Assembly (NCBI GenBank): GCA_000708835.1
Contig: DF237294.1
Span: 36,362 to 100,361 of the forward strand
DNA from: Klebsormidium nitens
Lineage: Eukaryota; Plantae; Klebsormidiophyceae
Direction: 5' to 3'
Length of the DNA stretch: 64,000 bases
Below are positions 23,911-39,378 of this stretch, one piece after another. Both the position numbers and the translations under genes were made by a program. Numbering within the stretch: the stretch's first letter is position 1; each line of letters opens with the position of its first letter. The notes below the pieces were generated by a model, which saw nothing but the letters and a program-made list of their open reading frames with translations, made no database searches and was not told the DNA's origin.

Positions 23911-26867
23911 ATGCTGAAGATCAGTCGTTCCCTGCTTAATATAGCAACACCACACATGTCTCAGGCGCATGCCCTTAGAACAGTTTTCTCCCAAACGATA
24001 AGAGCAAGAGCCGCAGTGAGTAACGCGGCAACGCAGAGAGAGCGGTCCACACACAGATTGAGTGGTACCGATGCCGATGTTGGCTCCACAATCATTGAGG
24101 ACGCCTCACGACAGCAGTCGAGTAAGCTGGCCCCTCTTACGTTCTCCGGGGATTGCGTCCATCTTGCCTAACTTGTGACCCTTTTTATGAGCGGTTGTCG
24201 GGAATATCATCGCTCAACTAGATGTGCACCTGTATCACAACGATGTTCTACTGTGCTCTCCAAAGTCCGTCAAGAGTTCTCCTCTGGCCTGTCTCAGCTG
24301 ACACTTTCCCTGCAGCGCCGAGGGTGGTTCTCAAGGGCGGCAAGTCCCGGCTCTTTAAGGCGGGCGCACCCCATGTGTACGGTGGCGCTGTCGATTCGGT
24401 GGTGGGCCGTCCCCCCCCGGCAGCTGGCGATGTGGTGGTGGTGACAGACGGACAGAAGCGAGCGTTTGGCTGGGGAGTCTACAACCCCGCGTCCATGTTT
24501 CGGGTCCGCCTGATGCAGACAGACTTGGACGTAGACAGGTGGGCTGGCTTCCATTGGCAGAGGATGCCTGGCCGGCGCTGGGGGGAGACTGGGGTGGCAA
24601 GCGACAGGAGACCACCCCTTTGCGTTTCGGCTCACCTTCAGTCCATGTGGTGGCTTGCCCTTCCTGCTGTTCCTGTGATGAGAGCACGTGCCTCGTACAA
24701 TGAATGTGACTGCGCTCTACTCCGAGCGAGAGCCTCTTTACATGACCCCTGCTTCATCCCCCCCATGGTCTGCTCCTTCTTACAGGGAGCCCGGCTGCCT
24801 GCTGGACCTGCCGGCCCTCATCCGCGCGCGTGTGCAGCAGGCGGTGGCCCTGCGCCGCACGCTGGGCCTGCCCTCAGCGCAGACCAGCGTGTATCGCCTG
24901 ATCAACAGCGAGGGGGACAGGTGCGGCCTCCAAGCAGCCTCGTGCCACCAAGGGACGACTTGGGGGCAACAGCTGCAGGACGCAATTGCACTGACGCCTT
25001 TTTCCTTGTGCTGAGATGAGTCCATCGATTGCTTCAGCGAATTCGCGAGCTTGTGGTGTCCCCCACCCCTGCGGTGTGCTGACGGGCTGGGCCTGGCTGC
25101 AGGGCAGGCTGTCCGGCCTGATTGCGGACGTTCTGGGTGACCACGTGGTGGTCCTCTCCTGCGCGGCCTGGGTGGAGCGGCATGCCCCCGTCGTGCGCGC
25201 CGCCATCCAGGAGGCCACCGGCCTGCGCAGCATCGTGTGGCGGCCCTCGCTGGACATCCTGCGCGAGGAAGGCCTGGAACTGCCCGCGGGCGGAACACCT
25301 ACGCAGGAGCCCAGCACCCCCGCAGATGGAGCCGTTCAGGTGCGTCTGGCGTGTGGCTCGCTGTGCTGGCTGTTCGCGAGAGCCCCTGTGCGAGTGTGCT
25401 TGGATGCATGGCAATCCAAACACCGCATACAGAGCTTGCCGCGGCGAGGCTTGCGCTGACGACGCAGGCAACCAGGGTTCTGTCCAGATGCCACAATGGG
25501 TTCGGTTTGCGGGTGGTGCAGGTGGTGGAGAACGGCGTCCACTTCCGCGCCGCGCTGCATGGTCAAAAGACTGGCTTCTATGCGGACCAGCGCGACAACC
25601 GTGCGTACCTGAGGACGATAGCAGGGGGAAAGACGGTGCTCGACCTGTGTTCCTACAGCGGGGGGTTTGCAATCAACGCAGCGCTGGGGGGAGCAACGCA
25701 CGTCACAGGTAACTCTACTGGCAACACGATATGGCCTGACATCAAGGCCATTATTAGCTGGATACTGTCTATGCGATTGAACGAAAAGGAAACGGTCTGG
25801 ACTGGGGTTTGACTCAAACCCAATATGTACGCGTTCAAGAGAGATGTTCGATCGAGTGTATTGCCGCGAGCGGTGACAGTCAACGTTTATCATTCGTGAA
25901 TCAATATGTAGAGATCCAGTGGATCGGTCACTCTGCCGATCCAGTCTGTCGTTTGCTGCCAATTGGAGGCCCGCTCCTTGTTCTCCTGCCCGCCTGCGCT
26001 CCAAGCCCGCCCGTCGAAGCCCGCTTTCCTCCGCTGTGTGCAGCGGTGGACTCGTCGGCGTCTGCGCTCGTGCTGGCGGAGGCCAACGCTGCATTCAACG
26101 GGGTGCTCCCCTCGTCCATCACGCTCGTCAAAGACGACGTGGCGGCCTTCATGGCGGCCGCGCTGGCGGCGGGGCGGCAGTGGGACCTGGTGGTGCTGGA
26201 CCCGCCCAAGCTGGCCCCCAGCAAGAAGGTGCTCGACCGCGCGGCCGCCAAGTACCGCCGCCTCAACGCGCTGGCCATGCAGCTGACGGCGGCGGGGGGC
26301 CTGCTCATGACGTGCTCCTGCTCGGGGGCCATGACGCAGAGCGGCGCCTTCCCCACCGTCCTCCAGGTGACTGCCCCCGCGCGCCACACACGCCGTACGC
26401 ATGGGCAGTCACATCAGAAGCTGATCACTTTCATCTGAGCAGCCATGAGAGGAGTTTTCTCAACTGGCGCTGGCAGCGGATCCCAGGAAAGGGCAATGTC
26501 TGCCGCAGAGTCGAAGCCCGTTCTTATTGACCCCTGCAAATGATGGGGAACTTTCGTGACCGAGTATTGCCAAAACTCACATTGCTTTGAGCTCAGGAGG
26601 GAAGCCAGTCTTACATGCACTCCCGATCCGGGATGGCTCAAACTGTGCTACGCCGCACGGGCGGGCACCCTTTCCCTGTTCCGGAGCTGTTTCGGAGCAT
26701 ACCAATATGCTTGCTTACGATCCGAACCGCTTGTGCAGGATGCCAGCACTCTGGCCCGTCGACCAATTCGAATACTGCGGCACTCAGGGGCCGGCCCCGA
26801 CCATACTCTTATTCCCGGATATCCGGAAGGGGCCTACCTCACGAACATGCTGCTGCACGTACACTGA
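23911..26867 (+). CDS. rlmI: RlmI-like (23S rRNA m5C1962-type) methyltransferase with PUA-like domain and probable organellar transit peptide
   Basis: Exon 1 ([37 protein letters not shown]...) splices in phase at 24121/24316. Motifs [64 protein letters not shown] and PDH...YPEGAYL; stop at 26865-26867. Confidence 0.9.
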
Positions 26868-27581
26868 ACGGTCGGAGGGCATCTCGATGTACTGCGAAAT
26901 TGACCAGGTCGCGGCTGTTCAAATGCCAGAGAAGGTTGCGCTAACGCTTGATGAGCCAGTCGGCACGCTAGACTTCGTTGGTACCAATCGTTTACGATGC
27001 CATTCGGGTAGACGCCGCAACTTTAGTTTTCCCTTTTTTGACCATATGGCGGAGCCATTAGGAAGGTGGCTGCTGATCAGATTGGTTGGTTGCATGCCGA
27101 AAGGGAACTTAGTACGGAAAGGGAACCCGCTCTTACATTCTAGCCTGATACATGATTCAGCAACCAAGCAAATTTTTAAGACATTTGCTCGCTTTATATT
27201 AGTTGAGAGTCAACGTCAAGAGAACGTACAAGATTAGCTTATCTAGTAGACTGGGCTTTGCAGTTCGCATCCGGACAGGAACTTTGTGACTTGAAGTTAG
27301 TCACTGCCCTTAAAGATGATTAGGCTTTGGTTCAGTTTAGCCAGCACTCCAAAGAACCTTCATATCTATATTGAGAAGAGTTACATGCACTTGCCAAAAA
27401 GTCCGTTGAAGTACAGCCCGCGGACCTAGGCCTGATGCGGATTCTCTTGTTAGAATTTGCTTCCTCAATTGGTCGCGGTCATCAGTGTGCAATTGTCGAA
27501 GTCAAAGTCATCTAGCTGGTGCCCATGTTTAATGCGTAGTATATACTTCCATGTATATATGATGATTCAGCATGCATGGCA

Positions 27582-28351
27582 CACAAGCTACCTATGGTGG
27601 GTCTCGACGGTATCGACCGCGCGACGGTCGGGTCTCAAATTTGTATGACCGGTGTCACGCGTCGCGACACATTTTGTACGCAGTACTAACGATCGTACTC
27701 GGCCGTACTAGAGAATCGGGTCCGAATTCATGAATCGAGCTTTTCCTGACACGTCGATCAAACGGGCAATTACGTACTACCCGGAGGTACGGTACCGTCG
27801 CGCGAGACTCGAGTCTGCGCGGCCGACAAATTTAAATTTCATGGTCTTGGTCGGAACTTCCGACTTGTACCGTGCACGAGTACCGCGGTACCCAGACTGA
27901 AAGAAGAGTGCAGAGATTTGATATAGGAGTGTAAGAGAAGGCGCTCTTCAAAATCCAACAATGGCGGCCAACTTTGCGCCTCCTATGCTGCTATTTGAGA
28001 TTTGTCCTGAACAAAACATGATGTTGGAGCTTCAAAGGACAGCTAATGACGGTCCCCCAACATTTTTTTTAGCTTGTCAAAGGTTTCTGCATGTTGCATA
28101 AGCCGCATCTTAGTGTGGCATTTTCATGCTCCCGTCAAAGTGTAAAATAATACACTTGTTTACAACTTCATGACACTCACTTACGGCCGAGCAAAAATTC
28201 CTGAGTACTCGAACCGTACATGTTTCGGAAGTCCGACTCAGCGTAACGTGAACCGCCGGTATCACTGACAGAATTTGATACCGGGTCCCACAATTTCGTT
28301 GCGGTTCGAGTCGGAGTCGACTCGGCCGGAACCCACCGTAGGTAGCTTGTG
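27582..28351. mobile_element. Non-autonomous TIR DNA element (770 bp), CAC...GTG termini, possible 2-bp TSD (CA)
   Basis: Left end CACAAGCTACCTATGGTGGGT (27582-27602) is the reverse complement of ACCCACCGTAGGTAGCTTGTG (28331-28351) with one mismatch. Degenerate inverted similarity continues inward. CA lies immediately on both sides. No transposase ORF. Confidence 0.75.
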
Positions 28352-28896
28352 CATGCGCGGCCATGCCGCCGCAGAAGATCCTTAATCCAAGCGCATATGT
28401 ACTTAATCCATGGCCATATTGGGGCCGCAACCGCCCGCACTGCGCAAGTGGCTGGGCAATTATATGTTGGGCGGCCTCGGAGCTCTAGGACGTCAATGTA
28501 CGTACGTCCTCATAAGGCGAGTTGTCAGGCGCTGGCATAGGCAGCAGTTCCCGCACGCGTATATTTCCATGCAGCTCGATCTAGAGCTAGGTACGATGGT
28601 CGCCTAAATTGGCAGATTGATAACTGCATGATTCGAGATTAAAATCTAAATATCCCCAGAAGTTATCACAACTATCATGACGTAGCTTCGGACCAGGCTA
28701 ATCGAGATGAGGTGAAGAGCAAGCAAGTAATGTGCGCCTCATACATCCCATCCTAACCAGCCAACAAAAGCAACTGTTAGCCTAGGTCGAAAAGCGCTTG
28801 CCCCAGGAAGTCAATGTAGTCAATCAAGCCGGCCAATGCGTGTTTTGTACTGGACAGTAGATCAACAGTACAATCTCCCCAAATAATGGTTGATGC

Positions 28897-31800
28897 TCAC
28901 GAAGCATTCTGCCAGCTCGATCTCGCAAACGGTGACTTTCCAAAACAGCTACTCAAGGCAGCCGCTGCTGCCTTGTTAGCCTGCGACAAATCTGCTGCGC
29001 GTTTGCCTGGTTGTGCCTGACTCTTCTGAAGCTTGCTCCGGCCGTCGCTTCTGGGCTTTGCTCTTGCTTTCCTTTTTGGCGCCCGTTCCTCTGCCTGGTC
29101 CTGCTCATCTGGAGCTCGGACTTGGGCGTCCCCGTCGCTCGAAGGGGAGGCACCCCGCGACGTTGGCGGGGCGGGGGTGGTGGACTCGGGGCCACCTTCC
29201 TGGGCGGACAGCAGTTCCTCCTGCATCCCACCACCCAGCTCAGCGCACGGCCTCAGCTTAGACAAACCCATAATGCCGACCAGATCGTCCGCAAACATCT
29301 CTGAAGCCTTTTTGCAAACGAAGCAAGCTCGTTCAATCAAATCTAAAGCTTGCAAAGATGCAGCCCATACGCAGGGTGAAACGCGCACATCATAATAATG
29401 ACAATAATCACGGCAGCCAAGCTCCCCTGATGCTGCAGCACTTGCCTGCGTCAACTGTCCCGGCAGAGAGGGGAACAGCGCCATGAACGGCTTGCTGGCC
29501 AGTGCAGCTGCCCCTGTGCCCGCGGCCTCTTGTGTACGCGGCTGCTCGCTGAGCACGGCCTTGCTCAGCTGGAACTGGGAGCCCGCACCGGTGGACGGCG
29601 ACCGGCGACGCGGCCGAGAGCCCTCTGCGCTTGGTCCCTGAGCCGCACCCTCGCCACACGGTTGCCCTCCGGGAGCAGTGCTCTCGGCTCCCTTGGCTCG
29701 TGCCGTCCCTGAACTCGGGCGGGGCTGCGGGCTGCTGGGACGGACGTTGCAGCCGCCTGGCTCAGCTTCTGCATCCTCCACCCCAGTCTCACTGCTTGTT
29801 GCCCTCTTCCCCTTAGCTGGAGACACCAGGTCCCCGGAGCTCCTGGACCGCCCCAGGCCGCTGCTGCTAGCCCGCCGGGCGGACCCTTGCCGGCCCAGGC
29901 TCTTGCTCACCTCGCGCGTGGCGGGCAGGAACCCGTCGTTGCTGCTCTCAAGTGACCGCAGCAGCAACGAGTCCCCAAACGGGATCTCGAGCGAAGCCGG
30001 CGCGCGCAGGAGGAAATCATCCTGGCTAGGCNNNNNNNNNNNNNNNNNNNNNNNNNNNNNNNNNNNNNNNNNNNNNNNNNNNNNNNNNNNNNNNNNNNNN
30101 NNNNNNNNNNNNNNNNNNNNNNNNNNNNNNNNNNNNNNNNNNNNNNNNNNNNNNNNNNNNNNNNNNNNNNNNNNNNNNNNNNNNNNNNNNNNNNNNNNNN
30201 NNNNNNNNNNNNNNNNNNNNNNNNNNNNNNNNNNNNNNNNNNNNNNNNNNNNNNNNNNNNNNNNNNNNNNNNNNNNNNNNNNNNNNNNNNNNNNNNNNNN
30301 NNNNNNNNNNNNNNNNNNNNNNNNNNNNNNNNNNNNNNNNNNNNNNNNNNNNNNNNNNNNNNNNNNNNNNNNNNNNNNNNNNNNNNNNNNNNNNNNNNNN
30401 NNNNNNNNNNNNNNNNNNNNNNNNNNNNNNNNNNNNNNNNNNNNNNNNNNNNNNNNNNNNNNNNNNNNNNNNNNNNNNNNNNNNNNNNNNNNNNNNNNNN
30501 NNNNNNNNNNNNNNGGCAGGAGCGCGGAAAGGAGCACGGGAGCCGGACTCCGGGCTCCAGAGTGGGGGAGAGAAGGGCGGGCTCCCCAAGCCCAGGCTGG
30601 AACGCGAGCGGTGGCCGTCCAAAAACGGGCTGCTGGCGGGCCCCCGGGAACCGTCGGCATTTAGGAACCCGCTGATGCTGAAGCCCTCCACGTCGTCCAG
30701 CCACCCGTTTCCTCCCACGGGCATGCCGGCGTGCTCTCCGCCCCCTCTGCCCCCAAACATCGCCTGGTCCAGGCTGTCTCCAAACGCAGCCCCGTCGTTG
30801 GCCCCAGGACCCCTGCCCAGTGGAGCACTGTTGGAGACCGGCATGTAGCGCGGCGGTGGCGGCTCCCAGCCTCGACCCAGCGCCTCGACTGACGCATCGG
30901 CCGCCCAGGAGAAGGCCCGCTGCGAACCGGCATCTGCGGCAGCAGGGCCGCGAAGGGGGCTGGCCGACTGAAGGTGCGGGGAGACTGTGCGGTACGTGCG
31001 GTGTGGCAGCTGCTCGGCGGCGCCACAGGGGGGCCAGGCTCCTCGAGAAACGGTGGAGGCATACTGGGCCGCGTTGAGGCCAGGTGGGCGCAAAGGGCTG
31101 TGGGGCAGGCCCGGGTGGCCCTGCCAGGGGCCGGGCCCCGGCTGCTGAGGCACTGCCTGGTCGAAGGGCGGCCCCTGGGAGTGGGCCTGTGCAGTTACGG
31201 GCAGTGGGCAGTTCGGTGGGAGCAGGCGGTACTTGAGCCGGAAAATCTCCGGCTTGCCAACCAGAGCAAAAACTTCCGCAGCTGCCACCGACTTGTCCGT
31301 CACTCCCCAGCTGAGCGCGGAGAGGGCCTCTCCCCGGTCGATGTTGGGGATGAGGCGCAGAGTACAGCCGGCCAGGCTAGACGCAGGGGGCGCAGACTGC
31401 AGGTCGAGGGGCTGGTCGAGGTTCCATTTGGAGACCAGGTGCTGAGCGATGGAGGCCAGCGACTTCTTGCTCTTGAGGGTGAGCTCGATGAAGGGGACGA
31501 AGCCGGCCTGCAACCACAGAGTGCGGGTTCCTCTTAGGCTCCTTATCAGAGCAGCCATGAGCCCAGGGAAGTACAAACACGACAGCACTTACGAAAACAA
31601 GAATGGGATATGGAGTGGCACGTCTTTGAGTGCAGGACTGAGTGCGAGTGCTAGCTGCACAGCAGTAATGGACCAAGCGATGCCACGCCAGCAGGCGCTG
31701 ACGGCTCAGAAGAGCAGAACGGTTTTCAAAGCGGCAGCATAGACATTTGCCAGAACCAGGAGCGGGGAGCTGGTTCCCACCTTTTTGACGCGCTCCTCTG

Positions 31801-34800
31801 TCTCAGCATCAAAGGGAAAGAGCTGCAGGGTGAGCTTCCCTGCTGGCTGCCCCTCGTCCTTGCCCGCTGCGTTCCCTTGGCCGCGCACGGCCCTGGCATC
31901 CCCCCCGGCCGCGTGGACCCCCACCACGTGCCCCTCTGCTGGCAAGCCCCCAGTGCCAGGTGGCCCCCTGCCCTTCTCCGCCGCCATTTCTCTCTGTCCG
32001 GCCTCCAGCTTCTCCAGGTGCGCCGCTGCTGCAGCCAGACCGTCCAACGAAGATGCCTTGCTGGCCTGCTCGCCCCCACCATTCTCCACAGCGGCCTTCC
32101 GAGGCCGTCCGGGTCCCCTGCTGGAGGCTAGGCTTGCCTCTGAGACGCTGCCCACATCATTGATCACCTCCCCCGCTCCCTTCCCCCGGCCCTTCGGTCG
32201 CTTGGCTGAGCTGTCGCTCTTTCCTGCTTTATCCTTGACATCAGCCCGGCCCCGCTTGGTGCCTGGCTTTGGTCCGACTGCCTTCTTTCCCCCAGCCGTC
32301 TGCTGCCGCCCCGCCCCATCTCCTTTCTGCTGATAAGAAGACTTTGCCTTCGGGATTCCCTTCCCCGGCAGCCCCTTCTTCTTGCCCATCAAGGCCTGCC
32401 CTGCCGCTGGTGCCGCCCGCGCCTTGCCTCCTGCCCTTGCAACTTTCCCCCCAGTGTCCTTCAACTTCGATTGTTGTGCGCCAGTCTTGCTACCAAACGC
32501 CTCTGCTTCATTCTTCTTGCCAGTGCCAAGATGAGCAGCCGAATTGTTGGGGAAAGGACCTGTTTGTGCTTTGCTGCTGTCGGGTTTGCCGCTTGGCATT
32601 ACTTCCGGGATAGAGCTTCCGCTGCCAGAGGCCGGAGGTCCTGGCTGCCCCGACGCAGACCGAGGGTCGGAGCCAGGGAGCGGGCCACTGGAGGCCTCAG
32701 CCTGAGGTGCCGCCGCGGCCCCTGCTGCTGGCTGCACGGGATTGGCCGCCTGCTTCTTGCGCGCCTTCGACTTCCGGTGCAGGTCGGCGGTGATGGCCTT
32801 CTCGAAGGCTGTCTGGAACTGCTTGTGCTTACGCGGCTTGCGGTGCAGGTCGGTGATGTCGCCCTTGACGTCGGCGCGCACCTGCCACCAGCGCAGCATG
32901 GCCGTGTTGACCACCAGCGGGTTGGAGATGTCCAGGACCATGCCCGGCTGCAGCAGCTTGTTCATCCGCTTGATGCACCGGTAGTAGTAGTGCCGCACCT
33001 GCACCCACGCACACGCACCGTCATTGTGGAAGTTCCGTGAGACAGGAACGACTGCCTTGTTTGCCTCCGCTTGCAACTGTCACTTCCAATGAAGCAAACG
33101 GGGGTAATCAAGAACTGGCGAATGCTTAACAGATTCCAAGAAGTGTACAGGCTATCTTCTGAGAGCGCTCTTGTTTGGGCGCTCTTGTTTCGAAATGAAG
33201 CTCCTACTGACATGCCCCGTCAAGTCAAAAATATGACCTGTGAACAGAAAAGAACGATGGCCAGGTTCGTGCACCTCCAAGAACAAAAAGGTTGTCCAAA
33301 CACGTTTTCAACCTACTAGGTCCAACATTCCAGCACCGATAGTAGGAAGCATATCATTTCACCAGCCTTCAGGTGGGGGACATCATAAAAAGTACAGTGC
33401 ACCTACCTGCTCCTTGTCTTTGCTCTTTACTTTAGCTTGGATCTTCTCAAAGTTCTGCAACAAAACACCAAGTGAGCCAATAGGAAACAAGACGCGAAGC
33501 TTGAGAGACAACACAGGCACAAAGAGAGTCAACGGAGATGCAACTGAACAAATCGTCACGAATATGAGAAGTTGGAATGCATGCTGCAGTTGACGCAATG
33601 AGCAAGTCAAGACACCAGCCTCACCTTGCCGCACTGCCGCAGAGAACTGAAAAAGGCCTCCTCTTCCTCATGCGTCCAGTATGCTGCTTTCTTGGTCTTT
33701 TCAACTGTTAAGAGAAAAGCGAAGATGACATTTGCCGAAGATCAATCACGTACCACATAGGTGCAGGAAACACTTGGATGTGGGCAAAGGACAAGAGTCC
33801 CGATTGAACACCTAGACCTCATGGCCAGGTCTCAGAAGGCAGCTGCAGCTCCTGATCAATATGTGCCTTCAAGCAGCAGAGTGGTTGCGGGTCTCACTTA
33901 TAACATGTCTAGCCGCAGGGGTTTCCGTTCTGATAGGCAGTACATAGGAGGGGAGCATAATCGGTTCTGGAGAGAAAGTCTCCTCTACTAGAACACAAGC
34001 AATCAAACAACGCTTTTGCTTTCACCAACACCTGCCGAAAGTAGAAGCCGCACATCAGCAAGATCGGAGCTAACCTGCAGTATCTCCAGACCCAGCCTTG
34101 ACGAAATCCTTTTCTTTCTCTGCACCTACTGCTTCTTTCCCAGTCGGCGCTTGTTTCACTGCATCACTCCTGTCCCCACTCAGAAGGACGCCCTCGATCG
34201 CCATCTGCTTTTTCCCCTCATCCTCTTCCGCCTGCTTCTCAAGCCTGCCCTCTGCCGCAACAGGATGCGCCTCATCCTGGGGAGCAGTCACAGCGCTCTT
34301 GCTTGTCTTGGGCGCACTCTTGCTGTCCTTGCGTCCCCGCTCCTTACTCTCCCTGCTGTCTTGGTCAAATGTCTGGCTCTGCTCCCTGGCCGCATTCTCC
34401 AACTCCCTCCTCTCCTTCTCACTTACTCTAGCACTGCTACGACAAGGACGTACAGGGATGGTATCGGGCAGTACACCAGGCTTAGGCTTTGACAACTGAC
34501 AGCCCTCGTCTGACTGGCTCCCAGCTCCCAGATGATTGCATTTGGCTTGCCCAGCAGACTCTGGCAAGGACCCGGACGGAATTGCATGCGCCTGAGCTTC
34601 TCTGGATTGGAAAATTTGTTCAGGCTGCAAATCTATGATTGAGTTAGAAGCGTCTGTGGGAACACGAGCAGTGCCAATGCTTCCGTCGCTGACAAACAAT
34701 TCCACCCCTCGCAGAACCTGTGCCGTTCTACTCTCCTCAGGCGCGTCCAGCCCCGCCCCTGCTCCTCCAGCTTCGCTGCCAATATTGGGAAGGCCACCAG

Positions 34801-34861
34801 GGTTTGAAGCTACAGCAGCCCCACACTCAACTTCTGCTGCTGCAACGAAACATCCCGCCAT
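28897..34861 (-). CDS. TKI1: TSL-kinase-interacting protein 1 / CRAMP1-like SANT-domain protein; contains an assembly gap
   Basis: SANT motif WTHEEEEAFFSSLRQCGKNFEKIQAKVKSKDKEQVRHYYYRCIKRMNKLL...AMLRWW and second block KLTLQLFPFD...FIELTLKSKKSLASIAQHLVSKW match plant TKI1. Likely ATG at 34861; stop at 28897. Confidence 0.9.
30032..30514. other. Assembly gap (N run)
   Basis: Continuous N bases inside the TKI1 gene. Confidence 1.
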
Positions 34862-35784
34862 CCTGTCTAGGCCCAGATACAGGCTGGGAGACTGCGGAGC
34901 GCCATACTTTCAAAAAGCACATGCGTCGCTGATTACTTTGTGTTCCTGTCAATGATTTGGATCCACCAGGAACTCAGGAAGAAGGACACTTGCTAAATCG
35001 CAATGACCGAGGCCAACTTGGACGGAGACAAACTGGCCTCAAGAAAGCATAAATTTCACGAAGTGAACATTTGCTGTTGGTGCACAGCTACAAGGTCCTT
35101 CCCACTGTGGCCCTGTCCTCCTTGGACTCTCATGAGATCAGAGATGTGCCCCAGACTGGGGCGGCCATGGGGCGCATGGTTGGACTCGGAGGCTTGGGCC
35201 TGCTATCTAGAGTCTGACTCTCGTAGCTGGTCTGAGCAGGTCTGAGCTGGAGCCTCCGGCTGGCCCAGCGAAAATTTGAGTTTTGGCGCACTCAGCTTGG
35301 ACCCGCGCAGACGGTGCCATTTTGCCAAGGCCAGCTGGAAAGACTGGGCGGGACGACATCCCGGGGGCAGGGCTGACTTGAGACTAAGGAGTAGCAGAGC
35401 GACCCAGCCTCGGTACAGCCGGGAGACTTTCCCGAGCTGATGGAACAAGATTCTCAAGCAAGAATCAAAGCAAGGTCCTGACCCGGTGCCCTTCCTCTTT
35501 CTACTCGAGGTCTGCAGGGGGGCCGTTTGGCGAGGTGAGGGCGCCCGTCTTTCCGTCGGTATCATCTGATTGAAAGCTTGCAGCGTGAAGGAGCTCTGTT
35601 GCTGCCCTGTCTCGTCACATGTCCGTGAGCGTCAACACCAAGCCTGGTGGAGTTTGCCTGACCATTACCACAACAGTCCCACTATTTGCCAGGATTGCTC
35701 TGTGGCTGAGGTGTCGACTCGTTGGCATGTGATTCTGCTTTAGCTCCTGCCATGTATGAGGAGGTGTGCGGGGTCTCTGATTGA

Positions 35785-37878
<2,094 letters not shown>

Positions 37879-39378
37879 TTGCTCTGCCAAAGAGACGCAA
37901 ACCATCAATGCGTGGTCGCTCAACCCCCACGTCTTGTATTATCCTGGTTTTGTTGAGCGAATCAATGGGAGTTTTCTTTTGTTCAACATGATCATTCTCT
38001 ATGAATTTCCTAACTTCCCTCCCTGGGGCACACCGTTTCCATATTAGCTCCTGCCAAGCATTGGCGGCTTGATGTGCTACTGAGCTCCTTGAGGCGAACG
38101 AATGAGTCCCTGCGTGGGATTGAGCATCGCTCAAAAGTTGGCCTCAGGTTGCCTCCGCCATGCAGTGCAGCATGGCGATGGCAATGTTGTGGATGACGAT
38201 GATCAATTCAACCGATTGTGTGATCTCAGATATTGTGTCGCAAAATTGTCGGACACAACAAAACCATGTGGTAATATATAACTAATAGCTATATGCATGA
38301 AAAGGAGATCCTGGCCCCGTAATGGTTCATAATTACCGGTGAAGCCTGAGGTGCGTGCACCAGACTAATAAGTCTGACATGGCATGGATTTTGCTAACCA
38401 TGCATGAGCATCAATACTCGACGTTTACCAAGTTTCTCTTACGTACCGCCCAACTCAGTGCGTCAATGTACGTGTGGAGGGCCCCTCAGCTGCACCATGC
38501 ACTGCTAACTCAATTGCGAATGTGGAGTTCTGGACGCGGACGGCCGGCCTCAGATCAGAGCTAGATGACGTCGATCCTGCAATTCTGAGCTTGAGTATCC
38601 TCTTGTGTCGATCTTTGTCAATCTGGCCAGCTAGCTAGCTTCAATGATGCAGTCGAGGTCACAATATCCAGCTAGCTGCAATGATGTTCGTTGCGTAGTA
38701 CACCCCGGGCAAGCTAATAGGCCGGTATGGTGCACTGCCTCTATGAAGTATATAGCTACATGTACGTACCGTGCAATATAGCGCTCATGATTGCTCGTGT
38801 AAAATGATGCCCAGATATATGATGCAACGATGGAATGAACTACTCAATTATCACGGACTCATCACAGTGCTCGACTGAGACCTCAGGAAGAGAGCCGCAG
38901 TGCGATTTGGACTTCTGCCATGTTGGCGACGCCCAACATCCTAACCCTTAAGAGGGAAGAAAGCGAGTCTTCTGTGAGCGGACGTACCTAGGCCATCAGC
39001 CAATTTTGATCAACTAACCTGCGGTCTGAGGGCGCTAACAATCTTGCAGCGTATCTTGCCAACCCGCCCTGACCCCCTGTAAAGTGCTCCAGTAACACCA
39101 GGTTCATCATATTCTCGTTTTATCCCTGTGTGTGTACTTCGACGGAAGCACTGGTACGGGAGCTCTTGGCCAATAATTTAAACGAGAAGCAGTTCAATGA
39201 AATATACTGTGCTACCTACTCTGGACGTGACACGTCGGCCCCTGGCCGGATTGGCAGAGCCACTGCGCGTTTTGTCCAGAGTGTTCCAATCACCTTTACC
39301 TTTGAACCAAAGAACCGATGGGCTGACGGCTCACGAGGTGCTCATCCGTCACTCCCCGCCGCGCGGCCCTGGCTGCGG

